Origin: a virus
Taxonomy: Duplodnaviria > Heunggongvirae > Uroviricota > Caudoviricetes
DNA length: 64,000 nt
Direction: 5' to 3' (one strand)
IMG/VR virus record: IMGVR_UViG_3300035670_000138
Coordinates: 1 to 64,000 of that record
Shown here: piece after piece, positions 62,214 through 64,000 of the stretch
How the letters are laid out: every line of letters starts with the position of its first letter
How positions within the stretch are numbered: position 1 is the stretch's first letter
The notes under the pieces: model-generated
What the model was told of the DNA's origin: nothing
The model's database searches: none
The model's input: only the letters and a program-made list of their open reading frames with translations
Translations under genes and position numbers: made by a program

Positions 62214-63488
62214 TTATGAAACTGCGATGTATCTTAATTGACAGATAGAAGCAGGTCTAGATGTGAAAAGAGCTTGGTCAGTATGACATCTCATTTCAAC
62301 ACCATGATATCCTTCTAGTAACTCTAAGTATTCCTCACCATCTGGTCTTTTGAAAGTAACTTCTTGAGAACCAATTCTCTTGAAATCTTTTTCACAGATT
62401 AAGTAAGAATACCCTTCTTTTACGAAAGTAGAAGCAACAACTTTGATAATCCCGTTTTGTCCGTAGAATTGTAATTCTCTAGCACCTGAGATTTCTTTGT
62501 TAGGGTTATAAGATGAGTCAGAAACTCTCTTAGCATCTTGTTCAGTTAAAAGGTCATTCCACTGCTTAGGGTTAACATAGCAAGTAACTTCTTCTTCCAT
62601 TAAACCTTTTTCAACCATTGCTTCAATACCTTCTTCGATTTTAGCAAGCGAAAGAACTGCAGGAGTTACGTCAGTACCTACGTCAACGATAGAACCTTGG
62701 AATAATGGCTCATTAGCATTTGCAATACCAAATAGAGAAGTTCTTTCTTGAGCGATACCGTGGATACCGATAAACTCGTTCTTCTCTGGAGAAGAAATAT
62801 CTTCTTTGGCAGCACCTTTGAAGAAAATTAAATCGTTAGCAACAATTTCAGCTACACCAAAGTTACCTGCTGACTTCTTTAAAGTAACAGTTTTATCTTT
62901 TAAAGAATAACCTTGGATAGTATAAATACCTCTCTTAGTAGCTAAGTTTGAAGAGAAAACTTCAACTTCAGCACCAGTTGTACCGTTCCAAATACCTGCA
63001 GCCCATTCAGCATCTTTAATTTCAATGTCGGCAGTAGGTGCACCATCTATGTTATTAGTTTTAACTACGCCAATACCTGATTGTCCGTAGAACATTTGTA
63101 CTTCTAATCTGTGGTACATAGACTTAAGCATGTTACCAACCATTAGGTCCATTGCTTTTTCGATTGATTGAGAGCTATCTTTTGATCTCGATAAAGCACC
63201 GATAGAAATAGCTGATCTTAAAACTAACTCTCTAGCTTTAATTAAAGCTTCTTGCATTTTAAATTCTTTTACTTGATTAAGTTCGAAAAGTGATCCACTT
63301 TCCCCTGCGTATGTAAATCCCGATTCAAGAGATAAAATTACAGGTTCATTGTACGATTTACCCATTTTTTTAGATGAATCGAATTTAATAGCGTTAAATA
63401 ATTTTACATGGTCTGGAACTAATTTAGCAACTTTGTCGCTATATCTTTCCTTAAAAAGACCGTTTAGTGTACTTACTTGGTTTGACAT
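62214..63488 (-). CDS. putative major capsid protein (424 aa)
   Basis: The call rests on context. It follows a scaffold-like ORF and a late motif, it is followed by a terminator, and its size fits HK97-fold capsid proteins. I recognise no diagnostic motif. Confidence 0.45.
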   Translation of the reverse strand: MSNQVSTLNGLFKERYSDKVAKLVPDHVKLFNAIKFDSSKKMGKSYNEPVILSLESGFTYAGESGSLFELNQVKEFKMQEALIKARELVLRSAISIGALSRSKDSSQSIEKAMDLMVGNMLKSMYHRLEVQMFYGQSGIGVVKTNNIDGAPTADIEIKDAEWAAGIWNGTTGAEVEVFSSNLATKRGIYTIQGYSLKDKTVTLKKSAGNFGVAEIVANDLIFFKGAAKEDISSPEKNEFIGIHGIAQERTSLFGIANANEPLFQGSIVDVGTDVTPAVLSLAKIEEGIEAMVEKGLMEEEVTCYVNPKQWNDLLTEQDAKRVSDSSYNPNKEISGARELQFYGQNGIIKVVASTFVKEGYSYLICEKDFKRIGSQEVTFKRPDGEEYLELLEGYHGVEMRCHTDQALFTSRPASICQLRYIAVS

Positions 63489-63678
63489 TTTGTATTCTCC
63501 TTAGAATGTTTATTTTTTTAGTTTTGTCAAAGATTTTTGTTGCTAAAAACTTTATAATATGGTATTCTCTAACAGAGCTTCAATCTTAATAAAGGTATGA
63601 AGATGTTACAAGAAGCCTTTTTTACATTGCTTTTAATGTTCAAAAGTCTTTAAACCGGAGAAGTAATTATACCTCTCC

Positions 63679-63698
63679 GATATATAGTTGTTAATTTT
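63679..63698 (-). promoter_or_regulatory. conserved late motif copy 4 (- strand: AAATTAACAACTATATATCG), followed by a hairpin and a roughly 190-nt leader
   Basis: One mismatch to the other copies. It lies upstream of the capsid gene. Confidence 0.45.
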
Positions 63699-63757
63699 TC
63701 AAGCTAAATAATTAAAATTTTTACAAAAAAATTCAGATTTGCAATAATATCAATTAC

Positions 63758-63997
63758 TTATTTGATCTTAGATCTGCCCGAAAGTAGATCTGAGATCTTA
63801 ATTCCCGGACCATCGTCTTTCTTAGATTCGACAACAGTTTTGCTAACGTCAGTCTTTAAGTTCTTAACGCTTGCAATTTTCTTAGCCTGTTCAATTCTTT
63901 CTTCTCTTAACGAGTTCAGTACATCATCGCCTAAAATAGACTTTAATGCATCTTTACTTTTTAAGCTAGAAATAGACTTCTTGAATCTAGAAATCAT
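63758..63997 (-). CDS. Lys-rich helical protein, possibly a scaffolding protein; its 5' end may extend past the window edge
   Basis: Its composition is scaffold-like. It sits immediately upstream of the capsid gene. The ORF reaches the last codon of the window. Confidence 0.3.
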   Translation of the reverse strand: MISRFKKSISSLKSKDALKSILGDDVLNSLREERIEQAKKIASVKNLKTDVSKTVVESKKDDGPGIKISDLLSGRSKIK

Positions 63998-64000
63998 TTT

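Noticed and set aside
63500-63540. TTGACA near the capsid start (- strand) as a second sigma70-like promoter in the leader.
   Set aside because: No acceptable -10 hexamer lies 16-18 nt downstream. It is probably chance in AT-rich DNA.
1-64000. CRISPR arrays, tRNA or tmRNA genes, integrase or attachment sites, and diversity-generating retroelements acting on the fibre genes.
   Set aside because: No regularly spaced direct repeats are visible. No intergenic gap shows a tRNA-like TψC arm (GTTCGAATC) or the length for one. No tyrosine or serine recombinase motifs and no reverse transcriptase were seen. The fibre similarity is modular and recombination-like, not the pattern of a template and variable repeat.

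Overview
The window looks like a contiguous piece of a tailed, double-stranded DNA bacteriophage genome. It is AT-rich, roughly 33-35% GC by eye, with genes tightly packed and strong Shine-Dalgarno (SD) sites. No host, integrase, tRNA or CRISPR genes are visible. About 65 genes on the + strand (1..30105) form an early/middle module, and about 30 genes on the - strand (63997 down to 30095) form a late/virion module.

Recognisable early functions are:
- a secreted amidase_2 endolysin;
- a ribonucleotide reductase (class II-like; no small subunit gene seen);
- thymidylate synthase, dUTPase and a dATP/dGTP-pyrophosphohydrolase-like protein;
- a Cas4/RecB-like nuclease and an Erf-type single-strand annealing protein (SSAP);
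- an AEP primase fused to an SF4 helicase, a family-B DNA polymerase and an AAA+ ATPase;
- an RNase-H-fold exonuclease, an HNH nuclease and two ClpP-family peptidases;
- an SPFH (band-7) protein paired with an NfeD-like secreted ClpP-class protease.

The late module starts with a scaffold-like fragment and a probable major capsid protein. It continues with three modular fibre paralogs, a tail-collar-domain fibre, a thioredoxin-like protein, a permuted papain-like (YiiX-type) protein, a GNAT and several giant Q/A-rich proteins. One of those giants carries a GH24 lysozyme domain. Portal and terminase genes are not in the window and presumably lie beyond 64000.

The most striking unexplained signal is a 10-member paralogous family of small proteins of about 85-130 aa scattered through the early region. 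Their N-terminal halves differ, but every member ends with the same roughly 25-residue tail, with consensus Y-P-N-T-x-L-F-[RK]-x-L-Y-P-N-G-x-E-x-G-x-F-W-x-V. The codons for F-W-E-V also carry the GGAGG Shine-Dalgarno of the next gene. I do not recognise this family.

Other notable signals:
- a 20-nt motif, CTATATATAGTTGTTAATTT on the + strand, sits upstream of four late operons and is probably a late promoter;
- a second small tandem family begins MKRSEM;
- the fibre genes exchange N-terminal modules;
- a terminator hairpin on the - strand overlaps a sigma70-like promoter.
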